Positions 27,301-41,025 of a DNA stretch of 64,000 nt are shown one piece after another. The translations under genes and the position numbers were made by a program. This DNA is from Flaccisagitta enflata (taxonomy: Eukaryota), in the NCBI GenBank assembly GCA_965153355.1, contig OZ231126.1, positions 806,001 through 870,000 of the forward strand, given 5' to 3'. The notes beneath the pieces are model-generated. The model made no database searches. It was not told the DNA's origin and worked only from the letters and a program-made list of their open reading frames with translations. How positions within the stretch are numbered: the first letter of the stretch is position 1; the number at the start of each line of letters is the position of its first letter.

Positions 27301-29544
27301 TATGTTATAATATTCCTTTCATCTACAATGATATGATATAAAATTAATTGATTTATAGCTGCTGCAGTTTGCTGCAAGATCAAGATTTGCCATTGCATAA
27401 TTTGATGTGCCATTGAAGAACATTGGCACTTATAGCCACATTGTCACTATTCTTTGCTTAGGATCTCTCCTCTTTAGCTTCCTTTTAGCTATTCTGCTGA
27501 GCACTTGTGCAGGCACAATTAAGGTTTTGACATGAAATCAACTGTGTTGTACAACACTGCCTGACCACTAAATGCTCAGGAAATGCAAATTGTTTACCAG
27601 GTTTTTCAGTTCAAATCAGCCTTTTTGATGACACCACCACGCACTCACTTTGTCGTGTTCATCATTCTGTTTTTTTGAAGCCTTTATCACTTCCCTGTAT
27701 TGCCCTTGTTAAAGGTTCTACCATTCCCCAACATAATCATATAGTAAGGCTGAACACATATCACTACTGCTTTGTTTTAGCATTAGTATTTTGTTTGTGT
27801 AGCAGGCTGGTTCAGATATCAATCAATGGCAATGGCATGGCTGACCTCATGGCATCACTATTGTTGCAAATTTAGTCTTGCATATGCATAAGTACCTGGC
27901 CTAGAGCTGATAGATACTCTGATCATGCTGAGTCAGTGCTTGGTAAAGCTTTACAAATTCAGGCATCCCATACGCCCCATATGATATCATAGCCTCAGCA
28001 TCTGATCTGGCATCACATCTTTGACATATCTTGTCTGACATTGACATAATTATTTCAAATGGAAATGATAATCCAAAGTTATTCCAGCCTGTTAAATTCA
28101 CGAAAGAAGATTCTGCCTTGCATGGCTATCATTTCAATCATTAACTGGTAGATTTTGAAACATCATACACTGATGTTGTTCATGAGACTGACCATGGAGA
28201 CAGCACCCGGAGCTTCTAAAAAATCATAAGTAGTTTTATTGAATATGGAGCAATGATGGCTGGGATGGAACTAGACATTGAGTCAGTTTGAGAGTATTGA
28301 AATTGCTTCAAAACCTTTAATGTTATTCTCCCCCTCCCTTAGAGAAAAAAAAAAGAAAAAAATACAAGAAACAAAGCCAAAAACAATGATTAAACAACGA
28401 TCATTAAAGCATGAGCAGCAGCTTAAAAACCTATCCTTTTACTAGGTATATTATTATGTATTATGTATGATAATTGAGGTATGATATATGACTTATGAAT
28501 CAATCTAACAATCAATCATTCAATCAATCAATCATCCATTCAATGAACAGTAAACAGGTGCAGTCCAATAATGTATCAAAGAAGAACAGTGTAAAAATGT
28601 CATGATTTGCTCATTTTTGGCTATTATGGGTCCTTTAGATTCTCTGGATGGGCCCATCAGGGATCTTCAGCCTTCTTATCTAGTTTTGCTGCACCGATGA
28701 GAGAGCTAAACAGATATCTAGTTCATTCATTGCCAAAGATGGCAAAATATAGATAAAAAAGCTTACATTTTGGTCATTTTTGCCTGTTTCAGTTTTTTGA
28801 GCAGCCTAGGGGCCCTTGAATAGGTTCCCGAGGGGCCCCTGACCTTTTCTTTTGTTGCCTGTCCAGGTGACAGTATCTTAACATAACAGCCCTTCCCCAA
28901 TAACATTTCTTGAGAAGAAATATCCCCTCATTTGCCACTATTTTGTCATTTGGGGTCTCCTTGAGGCACTCCCCTAGATCTTCTATTGGGATCTTTTTCA
29001 CACTTTCTCCTTATATTTATGTTCTACTTTCATTTAATATCTTTCAAACAAGACCAGCCCAGATTTTTACCAATTTGTCAAGGAATAGCAAAGAAAACAA
29101 GATGAATAATCTCAATTTTTTTGTTTTTAGTCGCGGACACGCGACTCTAGAACTTGCCGTGTCGGTCGGTCGGTCGGTCGGTAACGTAACATTTCTGTTT
29201 TCCGCTCCTGCCCACCCGTCATGGAATATCAAAGGAAACAAGATGAACAATATAAGTGTATACGGCCTTGTTTTGTGTTTTTCGCACTTCTTAGCTGCGC
29301 CAATAATGATGTAATCAAGGGTTTCTGACACACAGAACTAGATTTCTTGTTGTCCTTGCAAGTTTATATATTGTAGAAGCTGAATTAAAGAAAAAAAATC
29401 TAATCTAATCTAATCTAATCTAATTCAGCTTCTACAATATATAAACTTGCAAGGACAACAAGAAATCTAGTTCTGTGTGTCAGAAACCCTTGATTACATC
29501 ATTATTGGCGCAGCTAAGAAGTGCGAAAAACACAAAAAAACAAA

Positions 29545-32500
29545 AAAATTGAGATTATTCATCTTGTTTTCTTTGCTATTCCTTGACAAATTGGTAAAAA
29601 TCCTTGGGCTGGTCTTGTTTGAAAGATATTAGGTAGTAGAACATAAGATAAGGAGAAGTAGCTGAAAGGGGTCCCAGTGGGGTCCTCTGGGGGTCCTCAA
29701 AGGACCCCAAATGACCAAAATAGCTGAAAATGGCTAAAAAATGAGGGGTTTTAGAGTAATTTCTTCTCAAATGTTATTGGGGAGGACAATTTATGTTAAG
29801 ATACTGTCACCTGGTTTGGAGCAACAAAAGAAAAGGTCAGGGGCCCCTCAGGGACCTATTCAAGGGGCCCCTAGACGCTCCAAAAGGCTTGAAACGGGCA
29901 AAAATGACCAAAATTTAAGCATTTTAATCAATTTTTTGCCATCTTTGACAATGAAGGGCCTAGTTATCTTTTTAGCTCTTTCACCAGTGCAGCAGAACTA
30001 GATAAGAAGGCTGAAGATCCCTGATGGGCCCATCCAGAGGATCTAAAGGACCCATAATAGCCAAAAATGAGCAAATCATGACATTTTTACACTGTTCTTC
30101 TTTGATACATTGTTGGACTGCACCTGTTTACTGTTCATTGGATGGATGATTGATTGATTGATTGAATGATTGATTGTTAGATTGATTCATAAGTCATATA
30201 TCATACCTCAATTATCATACATAATACATAATAATATACCTAGTAAAAGGATAGGTTTTTAAGCTGCTGCTCATGCTTTAATGATCGTTGTTTAATCATT
30301 GTTTTTGGCTTTGTTTCTTGTTTTTTTTTTCTTTTTTTTTCTCTAAGGGAGGGGGAGAATAACATTAAAGGTTTTGAAGCAATTTCAATACTCTCAAACT
30401 GACTCAATGTCTAGTTCCATCCCAGCCATCATTGCTCCATATTCCAGCGCCAAAAACAAGGCCCATGAACTTTTTTTTAGAAATACATCCTGAATCTTTA
30501 ATCTCTTCCCATGATGCAGTCTCATGAACAACATCAGTGTATGATGAGACTTGATTTTTTCAAAATCTACCAGTTCCCCATGGTTGAAAAGTGAGGGTAG
30601 CCATGCCTCCTAAGAGCAAAGATCTTCTTCATTAATTGCCGAGCTGGAAGAGAAATAACTTTGGATTGTCATTTCCATTTGAAATGGTGCTCTCAATGTA
30701 AGACTCTTTCTGTCAAAGATATGTTGCCAGATCAGATACTGAGGCAATGCTATCATATGGGGCGTAAGCGATGCCTGAAGCGGTAAAGCTTTACCAAGCT
30801 CTGACTCAGCATGATCAGATTATCTATCAGCTCTTGGCCAGGTACTTATGCAGATGCAACACTAAATTTGCAACAAAAGTGATGTCATGGGGTCAACCAT
30901 GCCATTGCCATTGATTGATATCTGAACCAGCCTGCTACACAAACAAAATACAAATACTAAAACAAAGCAGTAGTAATATGTGTTCAGCAATACCCACTGC
31001 CCTTCTTTGTATGATTGTATTTGGGAATGAGTGGGAGCAGGGCACAGCTCCAAAGGGGTTAGTACACAGGGGGTGATAAAAGGCTTCAAAAAGCTTGGGA
31101 GGGCTGATTGGGGCTGAAAAGACAAAATTTGAGGTCCAAGACAGTTGATTTCATCAAAAAGAAGGCTGATTTGAGGCCTGAAAGAGCCCTGGTAAAACTG
31201 ATTTAAGGCCTGAGAGGATTTAATTGAGGTCAGACGAGGCTAATTTGACGCCCAAAACAGTTGATTTCATGGCTCAAAACGCTAATTTGGTGCCTGAAAG
31301 AGTTGCTCAGCAGAGGCTGATGGCTAAAGGCTAAAAAGAGGGAGGGATGCACAAAGCCAAAGGGATAGACGGACAGACAGATGAATGAACATAAGTCTTT
31401 CTGTGTTCTTCTATTGTACATCAAATTGTACAATGTCAAGTAGCAAGTCTTGATCTTTACAGCAAGAGCTGCAGCAGCTTATAAATCAATTAATTTTTAT
31501 ATCTATCATATCGTGTATGACAAGTGGGAAAATATTCCTCTTTATACCCAAACGGAAAAAAAATTTAGATACAGTTAGTTATAAGATATAGGATATAATC
31601 AATCAATTATCCAACAAACAGTAAGCAAACAATCTATGAAAGATGAATTACATTAAAAATGTCAAGATTTGGTCACTTTTGGCTATCACGGGTCCCACAC
31701 GGCGTTTGTATGGGTTCAACAGGGGTCTTCAGCTTTCACTTTTATTCTTATCTAGTTCTGCTGCACTGATGAAGGAAGCTAAACAGATAACTATGTCCTT
31801 CATTGTCAAAACTGCTTAAATTTTGGCTATTTTTTCTCATTTTAAGCCTTTTGGAGCATCTAGGGGCCCCTTGAATGGGTCCCTGAGGGGCCCCTGACCT
31901 TTTCTTTTGATGTTTCACACCAGATGACAGTATCTTTACATGCAATTTCCCTCCCCAACAACGTTTGAGAAGAAACAACTCCAAAACTCCCATTTTTTGG
32001 GCTATTTTCAGCTGTTTAGGTTATTTGGGGGCCCTTTGAGGAACCCAGGAGGGCCCCACAGACATATGAATCAATCTAACAATCAATCATTCAATAAATC
32101 AATCAATCATCCATCCAATAAACAGTAAATAGGTGCAGTCCAACAATGTATCAAAGAAAAATAGTGTAAAAATGTCAAGATTTGGTCATTTTTGGCTATT
32201 ATGAGTCCTTTAGGTCCTCTGGATGGGCCCATCAGGGGTCTTCAGCCTTTTTATCTAGTTCTGCTGCACTAATGAGGGATGCTAAACAGATAATTAGGCC
32301 CTTCATTGTCAAAGATGGCAAAAAAAAATGATAAAAATGCTTAAATTTTGGTCATTTTTGCCCGTTTTAAGCCTTTGGGAGCATCTAGGGGCCCCTTGAA
32401 TGGGCCCTTGAGGGGCCCCTGACCTTTTTTTTTGTTGCTCCAAACCAGGTGACAGTATCTTAACATAAAATTGTCCTCCCCAATAACATTTGAGAAGAAA

Positions 32501-33088
32501 CAACTCCAAAACCCCTCATTTTTTAGTCATTTTCAGCTATTTTGGTCATTTGGGGGCCCTTTGAGGACCCCCGGAGGACCCCACAGGGACCCCTATCAGC
32601 TACTTCTCCTTGTTTTATGTTCTACTACTTAAAATCTTTCAAACAAGACCAGCCCCAAGGATTTTTACCAATTTGTCAAGGAATAGCAAAGAAAACAAGA
32701 TGAACAATCTCAAATTTTGCATTGTTTTTGGTAGTGCTTTGCACCCCCAAAAAGGGGGGGAACTAAAAGTGCTCCTTGGTAGAGGGAAATGGGAAATATG
32801 GCCCAAACTTTTTTTTTCTCAAAGCAGACATAAAAAGTAAACTTTTCACAAAAGCAAATTTTTCTTTGACCAAAAACAATTTTTTCACCCCCATCTATTT
32901 TTGGCGTTTATTGTGATTTTCGCTTTTTTCGGTTCCTTAGCCAGCAATCTATGTGAGGGCTCCCGTCGCACATTTTTTGAAAAAATCAAAAAACAACAGT
33001 CATTTTGGTCAAAGAGGATGTCGATGGTAAGTTTTAAAAAGAGATTTTAGACTTTTATGATACTGCATCCTATCTGAGATGTCCTACT
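29545..33088. mobile_element. Non-autonomous DNA element with ~550-650-bp internal direct and inverted repeats; TTAA-adjacent end (Kolobok/piggyBac-like); mirror ~25930-29120
   Basis: 29545-30190 is inverted to 32060-32720; 31640-32170 and 32170-32640 are direct repeats; ...GTCCTACT abuts TTAA at 33089-33092. Confidence 0.45.
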
Positions 33089-33132
33089 TTAAGGTGAAAA
33101 AAGTTGTTTCAAACGGAAAAAAGGAAAGTAAA

Positions 33133-33706
33133 CAAGTCATCCAAGGATTGCACATGGTCAGCGGTACCCGATGCCCTGCTTGGAGTGATCACCTGAAGAG
33201 GTGGAGTGAGAGCAGGGCAGCGGCCCCAAAGGACCGATGTCCTGTAGGACACAGGGGTGAATTTCCTTACGTCCTGAGAAGGCATATTTCAGGCCTTAGA
33301 GGCAATTTTCCATGATATTCAATGGGAGCTATGTATTTTCTACAATTTATTGTCAATTTTCCATGTTATTCAATAGGAATTTCATTTTTTTGTCAATTTT
33401 CCATGTTAGCCAATTGCTATTTTGCTATTTTGCTTTTTTTTTTTTTTTTGTTAATTTTCCATGTTATTCGATAAAAAATGTGCATTTTTCTATTGTTTTT
33501 AAATTTTCCATGTTATTCAATGGGAAGTTTGCAAGTTGTCATTTTCCCATGTTATTCAATTGGAAGTTTGCATTTTGTCATTTTCCCATGTTATTCAATG
33601 GAAATTTGAGAATTGAGAAGGTTGGGGGGGACGTACGGACGGACGTAAGGAAATTCACCCCTGTGTCCTACAGGACATCGGCCCTTTGGGGCCGCTGCCC
33701 AAAAAG
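33133..33706 (-). mobile_element. HINE family B, complete copy
   Basis: ~50-bp asymmetric subTIRs (33215-33267 / 33649-33700), internal TTCCATGTTATTCAAT repeats, CTTGTT end, A/T-run flanks. Confidence 0.7.
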
Positions 33707-34805
33707 GACAAAGAAAGAAGTAGACAGGGAGGAAACAAGGCCGGAAAAACGGCTAACGAAGTCGCGTGCAGGCGGGAAGGAGCAGTGATAAAGGCTAACT
33801 CAAGCACTTGGGCAGGAGCAGTATTGCACAACCAACAAAAAAGCAAACGGGGATGGATGGACAGACCGACTAACCGACATAGAGGATTATAGAGTCGCAT
33901 GCACGCGACTAAAAAGGGAGGGAGGGAGGAAGATAGAAAAGTTTATCGCGAAGCCAGAATACTTACTGTGGTTTAATAATGATCAGAAACAAGGCCGGAT
34001 ACACGGCCATCAGTTGCGGACGGGTGGGCAGGGGCATCCAACCTCAATCCACACCACAAGTCCCCCACTCACATGCAGAAAAAGCATCTAAACGTTCATT
34101 TCCTCACTTTTCGACTCGTGCTTACGGACCGACCGACCAACCAACGGACGGACGGACAAAGCCTCTTATAGAGTTGCGTGTCCGCAACTAAAAAGAATTG
34201 AATGTTTGAATTCCTTAGAAAAATGGTAAACAAAATTTCAAGACATTGTTAGGTGAAATTATATTACAGCCTCAGTAGAGAAAAATTTGCATTTCTAAGA
34301 ACATGGCCCTTTTCTTATATGTTTTTAAAAAGAGGCCATGTTTTTGAAAATGCAAATTTCTTTATTATTATGCAATGATATAATTTCACCTAACAGGAGT
34401 GAGATGATAAAGCATAATTTTCTTTAAAAAATCTTTTTTTTTCTACCCTTTTTCAATAAATTATGTACATCAAATCTATATTTCAGAGATTATCTATGCA
34501 AATATTTATTGTTCAACACTTACAAAATATTTTTTCTAAAAAAAAACTATAGAATGATAATATTAAAAAATATCTAAAAAATTGTAATGACGCATGAAAT
34601 TTCTTCTTCCCGTACACTGCGTCCTAGTCACTATTATTTGCCAATATTCTTTTTATTTTATTTTTTGACGTAAACCTGGTGATCTGAACAATAAAGACAA
34701 GAGCGAGGACGCTAATCATTGGTTGAATTTTCTTTCACTTCATGATCAAAACTCTGCTGATTGTCCTCAACGAAACGTTATAACTGTTCTTTTTCACGTT
34801 GTTGT

Positions 34806-34880
<75 letters not shown>

Positions 34881-35209
34881 CATTGTCGTTGTCGTCCTTG
34901 ACGTTGTCGTCCTTGACGTTGTCTTCGTTGTCGTCGTTGTCATTGTCATCGTCGTTGTCATCGTTGTCGTCGTTGTCGTTATCGTCGTCGTCGTTGTCAT
35001 TTTCATTGTCGTCGTCGTTGTCGTTGTCTTCGTTGTCGTTGTTGTTGTTGTCGTCGTTGTTGCTGCTTCGTCGTCGTCTTCGTCAGCAAAGTCGTCGTCA
35101 ACAAAGTCAGCGTTGCTAGTTATCGTCAATAATATAACGCAAAAGCAAATAGACTGGATTCTAATTGGATGGGCCAGTTTTGGCCAATTTCGGCACTCAG
35201 ACATGCGTG

Positions 35210-35288
<79 letters not shown>

Positions 35289-36485
35289 GATAGAAAGACA
35301 CAATTACAAAACACACACACACACACACACTCACACACACACACACACACTCACTCACTCACTCACTCACTCTATCACTCACTCACTCACTCACTCACTC
35401 ACTCACTCACTCACTCACTCACTCACTCACTGATGTTCTTACTTCATTGTCGTTATCACTTTCCGCGTCATTGTCTTTATCTCGGTCGTCATGTTCTCTT
35501 GTTGCTATTTATCTGTTTGTCTTAAGCACAAATTTTGATCGACTCTCCCTCTCGCGTTTGCTCTCACGTCCGCTCTCGCGTTTGCTGTCGCATTCGCTCT
35601 CGCATTCGCTCTTGCGTTCACTCTCGCGTTCGCTCACGGGTTTGCTCTTGCATTCGCTCTTGTGTTATCTCATGACATGTTTGCTCGCATGTTTGCTCCC
35701 GTGTTTGCTCTCGCGTTTGCTACCGCGTTAGCTTTTGCGTTTGCTCTCACAGTTGCTCTCGCGTTTTCTCTCACATTCACGTTTGCTCTCGCAATTGCTT
35801 TTGCATTCACCCTCGCGTTGGCTTCCGCATTTGCTTTTTCATACGCTCTTGTGTTCTCTTTTGCTCTCTCTTGCTCTCGCTTTTGCTCTGGCATTTGCTT
35901 TCGCTCTCCTTTTCTCTTTCCCTCTTGTTCTCGCTCTCGCTCCCACTCTTGCACTATCTCTGTGTTTTAGTTTCATCTCCTGCTATGTCACTCTACCCGC
36001 TTTGTTGGTCTATTGGTCTGTCAGTCCGCCAATCTCACTTTTTTGGTGTTTATCAATTTATCGACCTTAATGCCCCAGCCCACAAGCTCTTCTGAGCAAG
36101 TTTATAGCCCCTACCCACCCGCACGCAACTGAGGTTGCCGTTTATAGACCTTTGATATTTTCTGAACCAGACTCCAGAATTTTATGAAACTTTGCCAGTG
36201 TTGTTGAAGCTACTTGTATTGATTTTGTCAAGGGTGACATTTTAGGTGTTCAAATGTGTATATTTAGCTTTGTTTGTCCATCAGTCGATAATTTGCTCTT
36301 CCCATCAATACCAGCGGTCGGTTTCCACTTATGTTAGTCTAATCGTACATCTTGATCATGCGTGTTTAGTATCAACGAGAATTTTCGAGTGATGCTCATT
36401 GTAAACAAACAGAAAAGAAATCAGTTAGACAAATCAAGAGTACCTAATTGAACCGTAGTGCTACCAAATAGAAAAAAAAAATAGC

Positions 36486-36977
36486 ATGAAGACAACAATC
36501 TTTTTAATCCTCTTCTTTTTTTCTTGCGCCGTCAACAGCGTTGAGAAGTGCTACAACAAAGACGAGAATGGGAAAGTTTTTAAACAGGATTGCGTTGCCG
36601 CTAAAAAGAGGAACTGCTATTACTTGAAAATCGACGGCAAAATTACACCCAAAGGATGCAATTCAACAGTAACACGAATCGGCCGGAAAATGTAAAAACA
36701 TTTAACTGAAAAAAAAACACATTTTTCATTTACAGAAATAATACATTTGGGAGGAGAAACAAAAAAAAATGAAAACCGACGTAAAGATGTGAAAGAATGA
36801 AAATTTCGCTAACTTGTCAGACTCATGTTCTTCCCACAGGGTTGCCTGCCAAGAGACGGAGAAAAAGGGGAGAGATGTTGGTGCCAAACGGATCTTTGCA
36901 ACGGTTCGGGGAAAAAGCGCCAAGGATGGCTGATGATTGTCACGTGCGTCGTCGCGGCATTTCTGGCGAACTACTGA
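36486..36977 (+). CDS. Ly6/uPAR three-finger, probably GPI-anchored protein (~106 aa); exons 36486-36668 and 36840-36977
   Basis: Signal peptide MKTTIFLILFFFSCAVNS; 8 Cys in three-finger spacing ending CWCQTDLCN; GSG omega-like site + WLMIVTCVVAAFLANY; CCCACAG acceptor; donor choice uncertain. Confidence 0.75.
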
Positions 36978-37315
36978 TCACTGACCGGCTGATGGATGGG
37001 ACCGACTTCGACGGCGAAACGGAACAAATCGAATTTGAATCGGATACCGCTTTTGAAATGATAAGTCATTCTTTTTTTGTTTAAAGAGGAATAGTTTGTG
37101 ACGATTTTGCTGGTTGAGTTTTTGAAATAAAATTCTTATGACCCAAAGAGGGCCATTTAGCCGTAGGGGTATTACGTTTGGTCGATCGCCAGGGAAGCTG
37201 TCACCACATAAACTACATGATTTTGAAACAAGCACGTGACGATCGATTTTCAAAATGATGAGAGGGAACCAACAGCAACGACAACAACAACAACAAATAC
37301 AACAGCGACAACAGC

Positions 37316-37347
<32 letters not shown>

Positions 37348-37400
37348 AAAACAACAACGACAACGATATCGACAATGACAAAGACAAACAACGTCAACGA

Positions 37401-37815
37401 CACTGTCGTTATATGCAAGACTACCAATTCCGCGTCGGTCGGTCGACATCTGACATCTGCCCGCAATGCCGCACTCTGCCGCATACTGTGCAACATATGT
37501 TTGATTGCAACGCCGCTCCGACGAACCTTACCATCAGGGATTTGTGGATCAATCCAGTCGCTGTTTGTGAATTTCTCTGCTCGCTTCCGGCTTTCTCAGC
37601 TCTTCTTCCTCCTGGTCTGGCGCCTCCACCTCCCTCCTCTTGCTCCCCTTCTTCAACCCCCCGCCCGTCCTCCTCCGCAACCACCGCCTTAAGCCGTCTT
37701 CTTTCGGACTGCCACGGTGCGAAGTTTTCGACAAGGCGAATATTTCAAATATTCGCCTTAGTAAGGTCATTCGATTACGATTATGCCATGAGGCCTTCTA
37801 CAAGCCATCATGGCC

Positions 37816-37905
<90 letters not shown>
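37401..37905 (+). mobile_element. 5'-truncated non-LTR retrotransposon 3' end (right-arm copy)
   Basis: CPQC...HTVQHMFDC motif, Pro-rich C-terminus, (AAC)n tail. Confidence 0.7.
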
Positions 37906-37906
<1 letters not shown>

Positions 37907-38129
37907 TCGACATCGCTTCGTTCAAAACATGCTGTCACCTTCGCGCTAGCGCGTCGCCAATGGTGCTATTGAATCTTCCGAATACAAATCCGCGAACAAA
38001 GATACCCTAAAGAAATGCGGTTCAGTAGTACTGTCGCCATTTTGAAAACCGATGCTTGGTCTGTTGGTCTACAGATGCGTCCTTTGTGCTTCATTCCGGC
38101 GACTCGACTGGGCTCATTATCGCGCGCGC

Positions 38130-38237
<108 letters not shown>

Positions 38238-39492
38238 CAAAATCCAAAGTGAATAAAACTGAATGATTACACCAAAATAATCATTGAGATATATCACAAA
38301 TATTATTCTTTTTCAAAATTTGCATACAATCATGAGATCAAATATAGCTAACGTTGACAAAAACAAGGCCATATACACAAGCCGAAGTCGCGTGCGGGTG
38401 GGCAGGAGCGGCGAAAAAGCAAAGTGTCACCGACCGACCGACCGAGCGACCGACAGACGGACAGAGTGGGCTGTAGAGTCGCGTGCACGCGACTAAAAAT
38501 ATTTTGCAAATTGCTATTTTTGGTGACAACCTCGTCATCACTTTACTGTGTTTAGAGGAGTTCCCTGCCATCAGCAGCCCATCGCCAATGACAGACACTT
38601 TATTGGTTGCAGAACACACACTTAAACATAGCTACCATGACAAGCAAAGACATAATATGACATGGCCTTTCGGATATTAACTGCGCTAGTGCATGAAATA
38701 GATTGTATCAGAGAGAGCGAGTGCGGGAGCAAGTAAGCGCAAGAGCGAGAAACTCATGAGTGAGAGAGTGCATGAGAGAAAGAGCCTGCGAGAGAGTGAG
38801 AGTGAGAGCATGAGCAAGCTTGAGCAAGAGCTATCAAGAGCGAGCGAGAGCAAGCAAGAGCAAGCAAGAGCGGTCGAGAGCAAGCGAGAGAGAGTAAAAG
38901 CAAGCAAGAGAGCGAGATAGAGAGAGTCGTACAAACTAGAGAGCAAAACAATGAAGTATCTGAGTAGAAAAGTGACCAGGAAGACAGGAGATAAAAAAAA
39001 CATAACACTTAGATAATCTATCAGGAGACAGTATAATCAAAATTACAGTTAAAAAGATATCTATTTTTAGTCGCGTGCACGCGACTCTATGACCCGCTCT
39101 GTCTGTCAGTCTGTTGGTCCGTCCGTCACACTTTGCTATTTTTGTCATTTTAAGGCTACGATGGAGGTCCACTTCTTTCATCTCCCCCCCAAAAAAAGAA
39201 GTGATGAGGTGAACAGTTGCTATGTTCAAAACAGTCTTTGTTTTTCTTGTGAGATGATAGAAGTATGTTTAAACAAGGCCGGATTCACGGCTACCCTAGT
39301 CGCGTGCGGGTGGGCAGGAGCAGTGCTGGAGAAGGTCACTAGGGCATCTGGGCAGGAGCCGTATGCTCAAAAAGCTCAAAAACGCCGAAAAAGTAAAAAG
39401 GGGACTGACCGACCGACCAACCGACCGACGGACCAACATATCGGGGTGTAGAGTCACGTAGCACTTGGGTGCTTCACATAGCAAAATTTGGT

Positions 39493-39990
39493 CATGGACT
39501 TCAAGGTATGCCATCACGGACTTCAAGGTATGCCATCACGGACTTCAAGGTATGCCATCAGCCCATCATGGACTTCAAGGTATGCCATCATGGACTTCAA
39601 GGTATGCCATCATGGACTTTAAGGTATGCCATCATGGACTTAAAGGTATGCCATCACGGACTTCAAGGTATGCCATCATGGACTTCAAGGTATGCCATCA
39701 TGGACTTCAAGGTATGCCATCATGGACATCAAGGTATGCCATCATGGACTTCAAGGTATGCCATCATGGACTTCAAGGTATGCCATCATGGACTTCAAGG
39801 TATGCCATCATGGACTTCAAGGTATGCCATCATGGACTTCAAGGTATGCCATCATGGACTTCAAGGTATGCCATCATGGACTACAAGGTATGCCATCATG
39901 GACTTCAAGGTATGCCATCATGGACTTCAAGGTATGCCATCATGGACTTCAAGGTATGCCATCATGGACTTCAAGGTATGCCATCATGGA
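39493..39990 (+). repeat. 22-bp minisatellite (GGACTTCAAGGTATGCCATCAT)n, ~22 units
   Basis: Highly homogeneous tandem units starting at the palindrome's outer breakpoint. Confidence 0.95.
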
Positions 39991-40255
39991 TATGCGTCGT
40001 GTATCTTCTCGAGTCGCGTTTGCGCGACGAGAAAGCTTCAATAATTAGTCCCATGGCCATGGCCTGAGCCGTGGGACTGTAATTTTGAAGCTTTTTCATT
40101 TATGTCATAAGATTCTCACTTCCTTTTATAGGTAATGAAGGTTTAGCATCAGATACAAGCATTTTAATGTTTTTTGGAAAAAAATTTGTGTCTCTAAGTA
40201 CTGAGAGAGATTATTTGTATATTGTTTGCATGTGCCTAAAATTAACAGTTTACGG

Positions 40256-40532
40256 CAGAGGTGTATAAGATTGAGTGGCTTTTGATTTCCCCCCCCCCCT
40301 GCAAATTTTTTTATTTTTTTACCCTCAAAGCTATAAAACAGTATATTTTAGGTTTAATAGTGTTAAATTGTGTTATAGTAATTACATTTTACCTTACTGC
40401 CAAGTGTTAAATCTTCAAAGAACTTCTTTTTTCTTTTTTTCAAGCTTTTGATTTTCTTCCCCATCTCCAAACCATTTGATTTTATTCCCCCCCACGGGGG
40501 GGGGGGGAAATACTCAACATTATACACGCCTG
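40256..40532. mobile_element. hAT-type MITE, same family as 284-579
   Basis: CAG...CTG TIRs; 7/8 TSD GTTTACGG / GTTCACGG; shared internal sequence. Confidence 0.75.
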
Positions 40533-40726
40533 GTTCACGGTGATTAGTAGGCAATTTAAACATGGGGTTGATGATTAATGATACCATTAACTGTTAGAAT
40601 TGTTACATTCAACGGACTTAATATCCGACGGAAGGCCCGAGGGACACACACACACACACACAATCCCTTAAACACAACACAGACACATAGTCCGAGGGAA
40701 ACACACACGCACACACACACACACAC

Positions 40727-40856
<130 letters not shown>

Positions 40857-40901
40857 ACACACACACACACATTCCCTTACACACAACACAGACACATAGT
40901 C

Positions 40902-41025
<124 letters not shown>

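Noticed and set aside
36797-37084. 95-aa ORF MKISLTCQ... (and mirror 21989-22276)
   Set aside because: Overlaps the Ly6 terminal exon in another frame; the Ly6 frame carries the diagnostic motif
39465-40067. 118-200-aa repeat ORFs or CRISPR-like array
   Set aside because: Pure 22-bp tandem repeat open in all three plus frames; no spacers, no cas genes
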